DNA of 64,000 nucleotides from Nodosilinea sp. (GCA_049646445.1 JBARVV010000042.1:11368-75367), one strand, 5' to 3'. Positions 37,204 to 46,779 are shown, numbered from the stretch's first letter. Made by a program: numbers and translations. Notes: generated by a model not told the origin, from the letters alone.

Positions 37204-40200
37204 ATGCATCACGCTTTTGTTGGCATTACCGCTTCTGTAGGCAGCACGACATCGGTGGCCGACGTTGTGCGTCTAATGGGAAGCCAACCGCAACTTTCCT
37301 GTGTTTTTATCGTTGACGGGGAAAGTTTGGTCGGTAGTTTTACCGAGGGCGCGCTGCTGCCGCTGGTGGCCCAGGGGCGATCGCTCGCCGAGCTGACCGT
37401 GGCTGAGGTAATGCAGACGCCGGTGGTCAGCGTGCGGCAGGCAGATCTCAGCGATATCTCAGTTCCGGCAGGGCTTCTACAGCAGCACGCTACCGACCAT
37501 CTGGCCGTGCTGGATGAGCAGGGTGCGCTAACGGGGGTAATTACCCGAGGGCGTTTGCAGCCTCACCTGTGGGAGGTGCTGCAGGCGCAGCAGGCTGAAC
37601 TCACTCACCAGCGGGAGTCAACCACGGCCCTTCGCCAAAGCACTGCTCATTACCAGTCTTTGCTCCAGGCGCTGCCCGACTTGATCATCCGCGCTTCGGC
37701 TGAGGGGGTCTATCTCGACTGCGTGGGATCTGCTGACTTCGAGCTCTACTGTGGCGATGCCAATCTGGTGGGCAAACGGGGCGACGAAATTTTGCCAGCT
37801 GAGCTAGCGGCCCAACGACTGAAGTCCATTCAGCAGGCTCTACAGACGGGAGATCTGCAAATATATGATCAGCAGATCGTCATCAACGGCACCCTGCGCA
37901 CTGAGGAAGTCAGAATCAACCTCTGCGGCGACGATGAAGTACTGATAATCGTGCGCGACATTACCGATCGCAAAACCCTAGCAGACACCAACCGCGCCAT
38001 CCTTGAAGCGATTCCCGATTTGATGGTTCGCGTCAATCGCGGGGGGGGATATTTAGGCATTTTGAAGGGCGACTCGGTGAAGAGAGTGCTGCTGCCTCCC
38101 CCAGATTTCTCTAACCACACTATCTACGACGTGCTGCCCCACACCCTGGCTGAGCAAAAAGTCCAGATGGCCCAGCAAGCTATCGATACAGGGACTGTTC
38201 AAATCTACGAGCAGCAGATTGAGATTGACGGTGAGCTGTGTTGGGAAGAGGTGCGGGTTAGCCCCGTCAATGGTGATGAAGCTCTGTTTATGATTCGCGA
38301 TATTAGCGATCGCAAACGCAGCGAGGCCGAGCGCCAGCGGGCAGAACTCGACCTGGCCCAAGTCGAGGCCACCCAGCGGGCCATTCTCGCGGCCATTCCC
38401 GATCTACTGGTGCGGGTAAGTGCCGAGGGGCGCTATCTCGATTTTATCGGCCCCGATCGCAGCTTTAATCTCTTTAATCCAGCCCTGGTGACCCCCGACG
38501 GTGCGATCGCCAATTTGCTGCCGCCGGAGCTGGCCCAGCCCCAGCTCGCCGCCATTCGTCGAGCCTTAGAAACCCAGGCGTTACAGGTTTGCGAACAGCA
38601 AATTCAGGTGGATGGTCGGCTTCGCCACGAGGAGTTACGGGCGATCTGCATTGGCGGCAATGAGGTGCTGTTAATGATTCGCGATATCAGCGATCGTAAA
38701 CGCAGCGAAGCTGAACGCAAACAGGCTGAAATTGCCCTCCAGGAGCTGAATTACGAGCTAGAGGCGCGGGTTGCCCAGCGCACCGCCGCCCTTCAGGAAA
38801 GCGAAGAGCGCTGGCAGCTCGCCCTCCAGGGGAGCAATGCCTCCCTCTGGGACTGGAATGTGAAAACCGGTCAGATCTTTCGCTCTGGACGCTGGCACGA
38901 GCTGCGGGGGTTGACAGCGGATGCGGTGAGGGGCACTTCTGAAGAATGGTCCGATCGCATCCATCCCGATGACTGCGATCGGGTTCTGGCGGCGATGGCT
39001 GACCATCTCGCCCAGAAGACGGCCTTTTACCAGCAGGAATATCGCCTCCGCCACGAAGATGGCCGCTACCTATGGATTTTGGATCGGGGCCAGGCCGTCT
39101 GGGATGAGGCCGGTAATCCAACCCGCATCATCGGCTCCGAAATGGACATTACTCAGCGTAAAAGAGCCGAACTAGAAGCCCAAACGCTGAAGCGGCAGCT
39201 GGAGTTTGTGCTCTCCTCTAGCCCGGCGGCCATCTTCACCTGCCAGCTCAACGGGGCCACCACCTTCATCAGCGACAACATTGTCAACCTGATCGGATAT
39301 ACGCCCGCAGAGTTTTTGTCTCGCCCTGATTTTTGGACGATCCACCTCCACCCTGAAGATACCCCGCGCCTGTTGGCAGAGCGGCCCACCCTGTTTGACC
39401 AGGGGCATTTCATCTATGAATATCGGTTTTTGCACAAAGCTGGACATTACATCTGGGTACGCAACGAACTGCGGCTGATTCGCGATGGTCAAGGCACAGC
39501 AGTCGAAATCGTGGGCTACTTTGCCGATATTGGCGATCGCAAAGCCATTGAGAACCAACTCCGCAAGAGCGAAGCTGCCCTGGCAGAAGCCCAGCGCATG
39601 GTGCATTTGGGCAGTTGGGAGGTCGATGCCGCCACCCGCCAGCTGAGCTGGTCCGATGAAGTGTTCCGCTGCTTTGGGCTTGACCCAAGTGAGCATGAAC
39701 CTGATTACGCGGAGCATTTCAATCTCATTCATCCAGAAGATCGCGCTCGCCTAGAGCAGTATGTGGAGCGGGCCATACAGGAAGGCATCCCCTTTCAAAT
39801 CGAGCTGCGGATTCTGCGGGTGGACGGTATCACCGGCTATCTAGACGCGCGGGGTGAAGCCAAACTGGATGACCAAGGACAAATTGTAAAAATCTTTGGG
39901 ACGGCCCTAGACATTACGAATCGCAAAGTTGCCGAACTAGAGCGGCAAAACCTATCCAACCGTCTAGCCCTCGCCCTAACCTCGGGAGCGATCGGCTGTT
40001 GGGACTGGGATATTCAGCAAAACACCATCCTTTGGGATGCGCGGATGTATGAACTTTACGGAGCCTCTGCCGCTGATGTGGCCGCCTCGGTGCCCTACGA
40101 AATTTGGGCCGACAGGGTTCATCCCGACGATCGCCCAGCGACCGAAACCCTGCTGCAACAGGCTGCCTTGGGGCAAGCCGTCTACGATCCTGAGTTTCGG

Positions 40201-41955
40201 GTGGTTCATGGCGACGGCAGCATCCACCATATCAAGGCCTACGGCATGGTGGTGCTTGACGCCGGGGGCAACCCCAAAAGCATGATTGGGGTAAACCTAG
40301 ACATTAGCGAGCGAAAGCGCAGCGAAGCCGAGCGCAAACAGGCCGAAGATCGCCTACAGCAGATCAATGAACGGCTCATGTTAACCAACGCCGAGCTCGA
40401 TCGCGCTACCCGCCTCAAAGACGAGTTTTTGGCCAACATGAGCCATGAACTCCGCACTCCGCTCAACGCTATTTTGGGCATGTCTGAGGGGCTCAAAGAA
40501 CATGCTTTTGGCAGTTTAAGCGATCGTCAAAAGCAGGCCGTCGAGACAATCGAGCGCAGCGGCACCCATCTGCTCGATCTAATTAATGACATTCTTGATC
40601 TCTCTAAAATTGAGGCCGACAAACTTGAGCTGGAGACGGCGTTAGTTAGTGTTCAATATCTGTGTGAATCGAGTTTAACCTTTGTCCGACAGCTGGCAAT
40701 CTCCAAAGGTGTTGGTTTGAGTCTAGAGAGCGTTCAGTCCATGCCAGATATTGTGGTCGATGAACGGCGCATTCGACAGGTTCTGATCAATCTTCTCAGC
40801 AACGCCGTCAAATTTACGCCCTCCGGCGGGCAGGTCACCCTGCAGACTCGCGTTGAACAGAAAAACAGCAAAAATTACCTCAAATTATCGGTAACCGACA
40901 CCGGCATTGGCATCGCCCCCGACGATATCGCCAAACTCTTTCAGCCCTTTGTGCAAATTGACAGTAGCTTAAGCCGTCAATACAGTGGCACAGGGCTGGG
41001 CCTAGCCCTGGTGCGCAAGATGGTTGAGCTGCATGGGGGCACGGTATCAATGACCAGTGAAGTCAATCAGGGCAGCTGCTTCACCCTTGATCTTCCCTAC
41101 CTTACAGACATAGCTCTACCGGCGATCGCCGCCCCAACGCCCCCCAGCCGCCGGCTCGATACCGACAACTGCCGCGTCCTTGTGATCGAAGACTCTGCCG
41201 CAGCGGTAGGCCTGATCGCTCGTTATCTTGAAGAGCAAGGGATGAAAGTTAGCATCTGCCCCACTGGCGATCGGGTGATGGCCGATGTTGCCAAGGTCCA
41301 GCCAGCCCTGATTATTCTCGATATTTTGCTGCCTAATCTGTCTGGATGGGTTGTGCTGCGACAGCTCAAAACCGCTCCCGAAACCCTCGCTATCCCGGTG
41401 ATTGTGGTGTCTGTCGTAGACGAGCGATCCTACGGGCTGTCTCTCGGCGCATCAGAGTATTTGGTCAAACCCATTAGCCGCCACCAGCTACAGCAGGCGA
41501 TCGAGAGACTGCGACACAGCCCCCAGGCATCCCCGTCTCCGGTGCTGGTTATTCCCTCGCCCGACTCGGCTAACTCGGTAGTCAAGTCGTCGCTCATTTT
41601 GCTGGCCGAAGACAATGACATGAATGTGGCTACGGTTTCTAGCTACCTCACAGCCCTAGGGTATCGGTTGATCTACGCAAAAGATGGCCAGGCCGCCGTC
41701 GAACTGGCCCAAACTCAGACGCCCGACCTAATCTTGATGGATATTCAAATGCCCGGTATGGACGGTCTAGAGGCCATGCAGCTCATTCGCAGCGATGCTC
41801 GCTGTGCCCATATCCCCATCGTGGCCCTAACCGCCTTGGCCATGCCCGGCGATCGAGAGCGATGCCTAGCCGCAGGTGCAAGCCACTATCTTTCCAAGCC
41901 CTTTAAAATGAAAGCGTTAAAGGGTTTAATTCAGCGGCTTTTGCAGTCGGTCTAA
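37204..41955 (+). CDS. Giant hybrid sensor histidine kinase: CBS pair-PAS(x7)-HisKA-HATPase-REC-REC
   Basis: N-terminal CBS-like pair and seven PAS-type modules, each ending in RDI(S/T)(D/E)RK-like junctions. H-box FLANMSHELRTPLN, NLLSNAVKFTP/DTGIGI/GTGLGL, and REC domains IILDILLPNLSG and ILMDIQMPGMDG. Confidence 0.9.
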   Translation: MHHAFVGITASVGSTTSVADVVRLMGSQPQLSCVFIVDGESLVGSFTEGALLPLVAQGRSLAELTVAEVMQTPVVSVRQADLSDISVPAGLLQQHATDHLAVLDEQGALTGVITRGRLQPHLWEVLQAQQAELTHQRESTTALRQSTAHYQSLLQALPDLIIRASAEGVYLDCVGSADFELYCGDANLVGKRGDEILPAELAAQRLKSIQQALQTGDLQIYDQQIVINGTLRTEEVRINLCGDDEVLIIVRDITDRKTLADTNRAILEAIPDLMVRVNRGGGYLGILKGDSVKRVLLPPPDFSNHTIYDVLPHTLAEQKVQMAQQAIDTGTVQIYEQQIEIDGELCWEEVRVSPVNGDEALFMIRDISDRKRSEAERQRAELDLAQVEATQRAILAAIPDLLVRVSAEGRYLDFIGPDRSFNLFNPALVTPDGAIANLLPPELAQPQLAAIRRALETQALQVCEQQIQVDGRLRHEELRAICIGGNEVLLMIRDISDRKRSEAERKQAEIALQELNYELEARVAQRTAALQESEERWQLALQGSNASLWDWNVKTGQIFRSGRWHELRGLTADAVRGTSEEWSDRIHPDDCDRVLAAMADHLAQKTAFYQQEYRLRHEDGRYLWILDRGQAVWDEAGNPTRIIGSEMDITQRKRAELEAQTLKRQLEFVLSSSPAAIFTCQLNGATTFISDNIVNLIGYTPAEFLSRPDFWTIHLHPEDTPRLLAERPTLFDQGHFIYEYRFLHKAGHYIWVRNELRLIRDGQGTAVEIVGYFADIGDRKAIENQLRKSEAALAEAQRMVHLGSWEVDAATRQLSWSDEVFRCFGLDPSEHEPDYAEHFNLIHPEDRARLEQYVERAIQEGIPFQIELRILRVDGITGYLDARGEAKLDDQGQIVKIFGTALDITNRKVAELERQNLSNRLALALTSGAIGCWDWDIQQNTILWDARMYELYGASAADVAASVPYEIWADRVHPDDRPATETLLQQAALGQAVYDPEFRVVHGDGSIHHIKAYGMVVLDAGGNPKSMIGVNLDISERKRSEAERKQAEDRLQQINERLMLTNAELDRATRLKDEFLANMSHELRTPLNAILGMSEGLKEHAFGSLSDRQKQAVETIERSGTHLLDLINDILDLSKIEADKLELETALVSVQYLCESSLTFVRQLAISKGVGLSLESVQSMPDIVVDERRIRQVLINLLSNAVKFTPSGGQVTLQTRVEQKNSKNYLKLSVTDTGIGIAPDDIAKLFQPFVQIDSSLSRQYSGTGLGLALVRKMVELHGGTVSMTSEVNQGSCFTLDLPYLTDIALPAIAAPTPPSRRLDTDNCRVLVIEDSAAAVGLIARYLEEQGMKVSICPTGDRVMADVAKVQPALIILDILLPNLSGWVVLRQLKTAPETLAIPVIVVSVVDERSYGLSLGASEYLVKPISRHQLQQAIERLRHSPQASPSPVLVIPSPDSANSVVKSSLILLAEDNDMNVATVSSYLTALGYRLIYAKDGQAAVELAQTQTPDLILMDIQMPGMDGLEAMQLIRSDARCAHIPIVALTALAMPGDRERCLAAGASHYLSKPFKMKALKGLIQRLLQSV

Positions 41956-42011
41956 ATCCAGTTCTGAGTCCAGTTCTAAGTCTGAAGGCGTGGAGTCGCC
42001 ATACCCTGAGA

Positions 42012-42449
42012 CTAGGTCATGCTTTTTTCAATGGGCTTTTGCAGGTATTTGGGCGACTCGACATAGCCCTGCCGGTAGTAAAACTGGTGGGCCAGTTCTC
42101 GGCGGCTGTGGCAGTGCACTTCCATGCGATCGCAGCCCCGCGCCCTGGCCAAACCGCAGGCGGCGGCTTCCAAAGCGGCACCAACGCCCAGACCGCGAGC
42201 CGCTGGGTCTACGCAAAAATAGCTGATCCGGCAGAAGTCGCCCGTCATTGCCAGCTGAGGAATAAAATTTAGCGAAATCAAACCAATGACAGCGTCATTT
42301 TCGACGGCAACGAGCAGTTCAGCGTCGGGGTGGGCCAGCTGGCGCGGCAGATTAGCGGCAACTAGGGCGGCGGTCGTGGGATAGCCGAGGTCGGTGAGCA
42401 GGGTTGCGATCGCCTCACTGTCGGCCAGCTCACCGGGTCTAATCTGCAT
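42012..42449 (-). CDS. GNAT-family N-acetyltransferase
   Basis: IRPGELADSEAI.., the acetyl-CoA binding loop VDPAARGLGVGAALEAAA, and the tail HQFYYRQGY. I prefer the ATG at 42449; the ORF extends to GTG 42458, which abuts the upstream stop. Confidence 0.8.
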   Translation of the reverse strand: MQIRPGELADSEAIATLLTDLGYPTTAALVAANLPRQLAHPDAELLVAVENDAVIGLISLNFIPQLAMTGDFCRISYFCVDPAARGLGVGAALEAAACGLARARGCDRMEVHCHSRRELAHQFYYRQGYVESPKYLQKPIEKSMT

Positions 42450-42458
42450 CGGCGGCAC

Positions 42459-43271
42459 CTACTTGAGCGGCCACCACGATACCTTGTCGCGGGTGGCACC
42501 GTACACCTCTTTGAGCCCCTCGGGGTCTACTACCTGCACCTGGTCGTTGGTCGATTCTGAAGTTTTGTTCGTCTGGATATAGCCCGCCTTGGTCAACCCC
42601 TTGAGCACCTGCTCCACGGTGCGGTGGTTGAGCTGGCAGGCGCGGGCAATCAGGTCGATCGGCAGATCAAAGCAGTAGGTTTGACCGTTGTCCTGGCCAA
42701 TCTCCTGAACGGCGGGACTACCCAGGCTGCGCTCCTGGTAGATCAGCGCTCGCAGCAGGGCCGCCACTGCCTGGGGCGGGTAGGTGCTGCAGTTGAGCAG
42801 GTGGTACTGAAACTTTTCGCGCAGCTCAAACAGCAGTATGTAGCGATCGCGAAAGGTTTCACTAGCGTCGTAGAGAGCCTGCACCGTTTGCACCGGCACT
42901 TTAATCACATCGGTAGTTTTGTAGGCCTCAACCAGGCTGGGGAAGGCGCGCACCCCAGGGCCAAACCCCACTGGCAGCGTGCGCATGCCAAAGCAGCCGC
43001 TGGGGTAGGTCATGGCAATCACCCGATCGAGGGGGGTGCTGCGCATGATCACAGGGCCGCCGTCGATCACCACGTACAGGTACTCCAGCCAGATCTGCGG
43101 GCGAAAGGCCGTATACACAGGCCGATTTGAGTAGAGCTTTTCAACCACCAGAGCAGCGGGGTCAAGGTCTTGCAGCGGCGCTTCATCCCCCAGACCCTGA
43201 AATAAAAAACTTTTGGTGGTCAAAGCCTCAACCGTTTCTAGCGGTAAACTCTGACCTTTTTGCCTAGCCAT
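42459..43271 (-). CDS. Crp/Fnr-family transcriptional regulator (in the position of CysR in cyanobacterial sulfate clusters)
   Basis: cNMP-binding-like N-terminus (FLFQGLGDEAPLQDL) and a C-terminal HTH (IDLIARACQLNHRTVEQVLKGLTKAGYI). It lies downstream of cysW and the NIL gene. Confidence 0.6.
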   Translation of the reverse strand: MARQKGQSLPLETVEALTTKSFLFQGLGDEAPLQDLDPAALVVEKLYSNRPVYTAFRPQIWLEYLYVVIDGGPVIMRSTPLDRVIAMTYPSGCFGMRTLPVGFGPGVRAFPSLVEAYKTTDVIKVPVQTVQALYDASETFRDRYILLFELREKFQYHLLNCSTYPPQAVAALLRALIYQERSLGSPAVQEIGQDNGQTYCFDLPIDLIARACQLNHRTVEQVLKGLTKAGYIQTNKTSESTNDQVQVVDPEGLKEVYGATRDKVSWWPLK

Positions 43272-43334
43272 ACTGCGCTACAGGTTCGTTACCCCGTCAT
43301 TGTCGCGCGAAAGCTACCAGGGCTCAATTATTCT

Positions 43335-43646
43335 TCAGTAACCATCGTCGGTTTCGGTGTCAAACCAGAGGTCGGCCTCTAGCTCAACTAAATCGAGCAG
43401 GGCCTCGTGAATGGCGGCCGCCCGCCCCTCGATCGCCAGATCAAACCAGCCGTCTTCCTGGCTGTTGGCCCCCAGTAAAGCCCCCAGAATAGTCACCTTG
43501 AGGCCGTAGCGGTTGACCAGGTTAGACACCACCGGGTCGGCGTGCCGGGCTTTAGGAATGCGAAGTTTGACCTGGGTTTGCAGTAAGCGATCGGGTGCGT
43601 GTAGCCGCAGGGCCTCAAGCCCATAGTCGGGACTAACAAATGCCAT
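43335..43646 (-). CDS. Stand-alone NIL-domain protein
   Basis: 103 aa with RIPKARHADPVVSNLVNRYGLKVTILGALLG..EDGWFDLAIEG, which resembles the NIL (MetN C-terminal-like) ferredoxin-fold domain. Confidence 0.7.
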   Translation of the reverse strand: MAFVSPDYGLEALRLHAPDRLLQTQVKLRIPKARHADPVVSNLVNRYGLKVTILGALLGANSQEDGWFDLAIEGRAAAIHEALLDLVELEADLWFDTETDDGY

Positions 43647-43702
43647 AAAAACCTCCTTAAATCCAAAATTACCAATCCAAAATCACCAATCTAAAATCGG
43701 TA

Positions 43703-44581
43703 TCAGTGGCCCCGGTGCTGAATACCAGCGCTGCGCTCTAGAAAATATTTGAGCACCAGGGTGACCACGGCCAGGCAGGCCAGCAGCAGCGCGGCGCTGT
43801 AGGCCGCCTGGGTGTTGTACTGAATGTGGGCCTCTTCGATAAACAGCGGCAGGGTTTGAGTTTTGCCCGCAATGTTGCCCGACACCACCGCCACCGCCCC
43901 AAACTCGCCCATCGCCCGCGCATTGCAGAGAATCAGCCCGTAGAGCAGGCTCCAGCGAATCGAAGGCAGGGTGACGCGCCAGAAGGTTTGCCAAGGGGTG
44001 GCCCCCAGGGTGGCGGCGGCTTCCTCCTGTTCGGTGCCCAGCTCCTCCAGGGCGGGCAGCACCTCGCGAGCAATAAAGGGCATGGTGACAAAAATGGTGG
44101 CCATCACAATGCCGGGCAGGGCAAAAATGACCTTGATCCCCGTTTCGTCGAGCAGTGGCCCAAACCAGCCCCGGTTGCCAAACAGCAGCACCAGCATGAG
44201 ACCGGCTACAACTGGAGAAATTGAGAAGGGCAGGTCAATGATGCTGATTAGCAGCGACCTGCCTGGAAAGGTTTTGTTGGCGATCGCGATCGCTGCACAC
44301 AGCCCAAACACCGTATTCAGCGGCACCGTAATCGCCGTAGCGATTACGGTCAGCTTGACCGCATTCAAAAAGGCGCGACTGCTAAAGGTATCTAGCAGGG
44401 CGGGCAGACCACCCTTTAGAGCTTGGGCAAACACATTGAGGGCGGGCACCAGCAAAATCAGCCCCAGGTAGGCAAACACAAAGCCCACCAGCAGCCACTT
44501 GCCCCACTGAAAATTTTGACCCACAGCCGGTTTCGCAGACTGAGCCGCCGCGATCGGTCGGTTCGACAACGAATTAGCCAT
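43703..44581 (-). CDS. cysW: Sulfate ABC transporter permease CysW
   Basis: CysW-type permease with the EAA-loop region EEAAATLGATPWQTFWRVTLP. I chose the ATG at 44581, 2 nt after the cysT stop; the ORF track starts at GTG 44596. Confidence 0.85.
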   Translation of the reverse strand: MANSLSNRPIAAAQSAKPAVGQNFQWGKWLLVGFVFAYLGLILLVPALNVFAQALKGGLPALLDTFSSRAFLNAVKLTVIATAITVPLNTVFGLCAAIAIANKTFPGRSLLISIIDLPFSISPVVAGLMLVLLFGNRGWFGPLLDETGIKVIFALPGIVMATIFVTMPFIAREVLPALEELGTEQEEAAATLGATPWQTFWRVTLPSIRWSLLYGLILCNARAMGEFGAVAVVSGNIAGKTQTLPLFIEEAHIQYNTQAAYSAALLLACLAVVTLVLKYFLERSAGIQHRGH

Positions 44582-45416
44582 AGATACGCCTCCCACGGGT
44601 TTGAATCAGGTTGATCACCAGCAGCACCGCCAGAGAAATCAGCAGCATCACCGTGCCGATTACTGTCGCCCCGGCGTAGTCAAACTGTTCCAGCCGCTGA
44701 ATTACCAGCACCGGCGCAATTAAGTCTTGAAACGGAATATTGCCCGCAATAATCACCACTGAGCCGTATTCCCCCACCGCCCGCGAAAAGCCCATCGCCA
44801 CCCCGGTCAGAATGGCGGGCAGCAGCGGCGGCAAAATCACCCGCCAGAAGGTCTGCCACCGGCTCGCGCCCATCGACCAGGCCGCCTCTTCCATTTCCAC
44901 CTCCAGGTCTTGCAGCACCGGCTGCACCGTGCGCACCACAAAGGGCAGCGAAATAAAAATCATCGCCACCAGCACCCCCAGCCGCGTAAACGAAACCCGA
45001 ATGCCAAAGGGTTCTAAAAAACCGCCAATCCAGCCGTTGGTGCTGTAAATGGTCGAGAGGGTCAGCCCCGCCACCGCCGTCGGCAGCGCAAAGGGTAGGT
45101 CAATGGCGGCATCGAGCAGGCGCTTGGCCGGAAACTCGTAGCGCACCAGCACCCAGGCGATCGCCAGTCCCGCAAAACCGTTGACAATCCCTGCCGCCAG
45201 GGCCGTCGCGAAGGTGATGTTGTAGGTCGAAAGCGCCACCGGGTCGGTGGCAATTCGCCAGATATCCTGGGGGTTGAGGGTAACGGCTTTGAGCATGAGG
45301 GCCGCGATCGGCAGAAACAAAAACAGGGTGAGATAGATCCAGGTCACCCGCCACGGCCAGGAGGCCTGGGCGATCTGGTGCCAAAGGCGGGACTTGTAGG
45401 GTTGGGTTGAAGTCAT
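44574..45416 (-). CDS. cysT: Sulfate ABC transporter permease CysT
   Basis: EEAAWSMGASRWQTFWRVILPPLLPA and six predicted TM segments, adjacent to cysW. Confidence 0.85.
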   Translation of the reverse strand: MTSTQPYKSRLWHQIAQASWPWRVTWIYLTLFLFLPIAALMLKAVTLNPQDIWRIATDPVALSTYNITFATALAAGIVNGFAGLAIAWVLVRYEFPAKRLLDAAIDLPFALPTAVAGLTLSTIYSTNGWIGGFLEPFGIRVSFTRLGVLVAMIFISLPFVVRTVQPVLQDLEVEMEEAAWSMGASRWQTFWRVILPPLLPAILTGVAMGFSRAVGEYGSVVIIAGNIPFQDLIAPVLVIQRLEQFDYAGATVIGTVMLLISLAVLLVINLIQTRGRRIYG

Positions 45417-45499
45417 CGGTTTAGGTCAGCGTATCAAGGGATATTTGTGTGTTGTGCTGAGGGGATCGCGTCGGGGTATTACAGTGCAAAGCCCCCACA

Positions 45500-45615
45500 A
45501 AATGGGTGTAATGCCAAACCCCGGATGAATGTCTCCGATTTGTAGGGGCGTAGCATGCTACGCCCCTACGGGGTCCCTGATCATGAATTGGGCTTACCAA
45601 ATCGGATTTGGTGTA
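45500..45615 (+). repeat. MITE-like palindromic repeat, family R3 (copy 1), in the sbpA-cysT spacer
   Basis: Central perfect palindrome gtaggggcgtagcatgctacgcccctac (45542-45569). The flanks match the inverted copy at 49345-49450. Confidence 0.6.
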
Positions 45616-45633
45616 CCCAAACAGGATCTGGCC

Positions 45634-46779
45634 TTACTTGCCAACCTTCGATTGAATCTGGTCAAACACGGCTCCATCGGCGAAAAACTTCTCCTGCACC
45701 GCATCCCAACCGCCCAGGTCGGCCACGGTAAAGAGAGTGTCAACCTTGGGATACTGCTCGGCAAATTCCTCCGCCACCCCAGGATCGACGGGCCGAAAGC
45801 CCACCTTGGCAAACTCGCGCTGGGCCTCGGGCGTAAACAAAAACGCCACAAAGGCTTCGGCGACCTCGCGGGTGCCGTGCTTGTCGACATTGGCATCGAC
45901 CACCGCCACTGGGTTGTCAATCGAAATATTGACGTCGGGAACGATGAAGGGCTGCTCTTCTCCGTTTTGGGCGGCCAGCAGCACCTCGTTTTCGTAGTTG
46001 ATCAGTACGTCGCCCTGGCCCCGCTGGTAAAACACATCGGTGGCTTCGCGGGCGTCTTTGGGCAGCACGGGCACGTTGCTAAACACCTTTGTAGAAAAAT
46101 CGAGGGCGGCGGCATCATCCTTGCCGCTCTGGGTACTTAGCCCCCACAGCGCCAAAAAGTTCCAGCGAGCGCCGCCGGAGGTTTTGGGGTTGGCGGTAAT
46201 CACCTGCACATCGTCGCGGGCCAGGTCTTCCCAGCCCTGAATATTTTTGGGATTGCCCTCGCGCGTCACCAGCGCCGCCACCGATTTGTGCACGATCGCA
46301 TCGTTGGGAGCTTCTTTTTCCCAGCCTGGTTCAATCAGGCCGCCCTCTTCCAGTTTTTGTGTATCCAAAGCCAGGGCCAGGGCCACCACATCGGCCTCCA
46401 GACCGTCGAGCACGGCCCGAGTCTGAGAGCCCGAGCCGCCGTAGCTCTGGTCAATGGTGACCTCTTGGCCAGTTTGCGCTTTCCACTGCTCAATAAACTG
46501 CGGAATGATTTGCTCGTAGGCGGCCTGGGTGACGGCGTAGGAGACCAGGGTGAGTTCTACCGGGGCAGCGGCAGCCGTTGTCGCTGCCCCGGCTCCCGCT
46601 TTTGAGGTGGGAGTGGTGCTACCGCAGGCAGCGATCGTACCCGCCAGGCCCAGCCCTGCTGCAAACAGCAGAGCCTGCCGCCGCGAAACCGAGCGTAGTA
46701 GTAGCGGCTGGCTGAAGAAACCAGGCCTAGGCAAAAGCGTTGACTGAGGGGGGCGGGGTGAATTTTGAGGTACAGCCAT
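45634..46779 (-). CDS. sbpA: Sulfate/thiosulfate ABC transporter substrate-binding protein
   Basis: Twin-Arg/lipobox-like leader (RRQALLFAAGLGLAGTIAAC) and the Sbp/CysP-type core (SYGGSGSQTRAVLDGLEADVVALAL..). Confidence 0.85.
   Translation of the reverse strand: MAVPQNSPRPPQSTLLPRPGFFSQPLLLRSVSRRQALLFAAGLGLAGTIAACGSTTPTSKAGAGAATTAAAAPVELTLVSYAVTQAAYEQIIPQFIEQWKAQTGQEVTIDQSYGGSGSQTRAVLDGLEADVVALALALDTQKLEEGGLIEPGWEKEAPNDAIVHKSVAALVTREGNPKNIQGWEDLARDDVQVITANPKTSGGARWNFLALWGLSTQSGKDDAAALDFSTKVFSNVPVLPKDAREATDVFYQRGQGDVLINYENEVLLAAQNGEEQPFIVPDVNISIDNPVAVVDANVDKHGTREVAEAFVAFLFTPEAQREFAKVGFRPVDPGVAEEFAEQYPKVDTLFTVADLGGWDAVQEKFFADGAVFDQIQSKVGK

Noticed and set aside
45529-46140. 203-aa plus-strand ORF overlapping sbpA
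   Set aside because: It starts inside the R3 repeat element and runs antisense to the sulfate-binding protein gene. It has no motifs.
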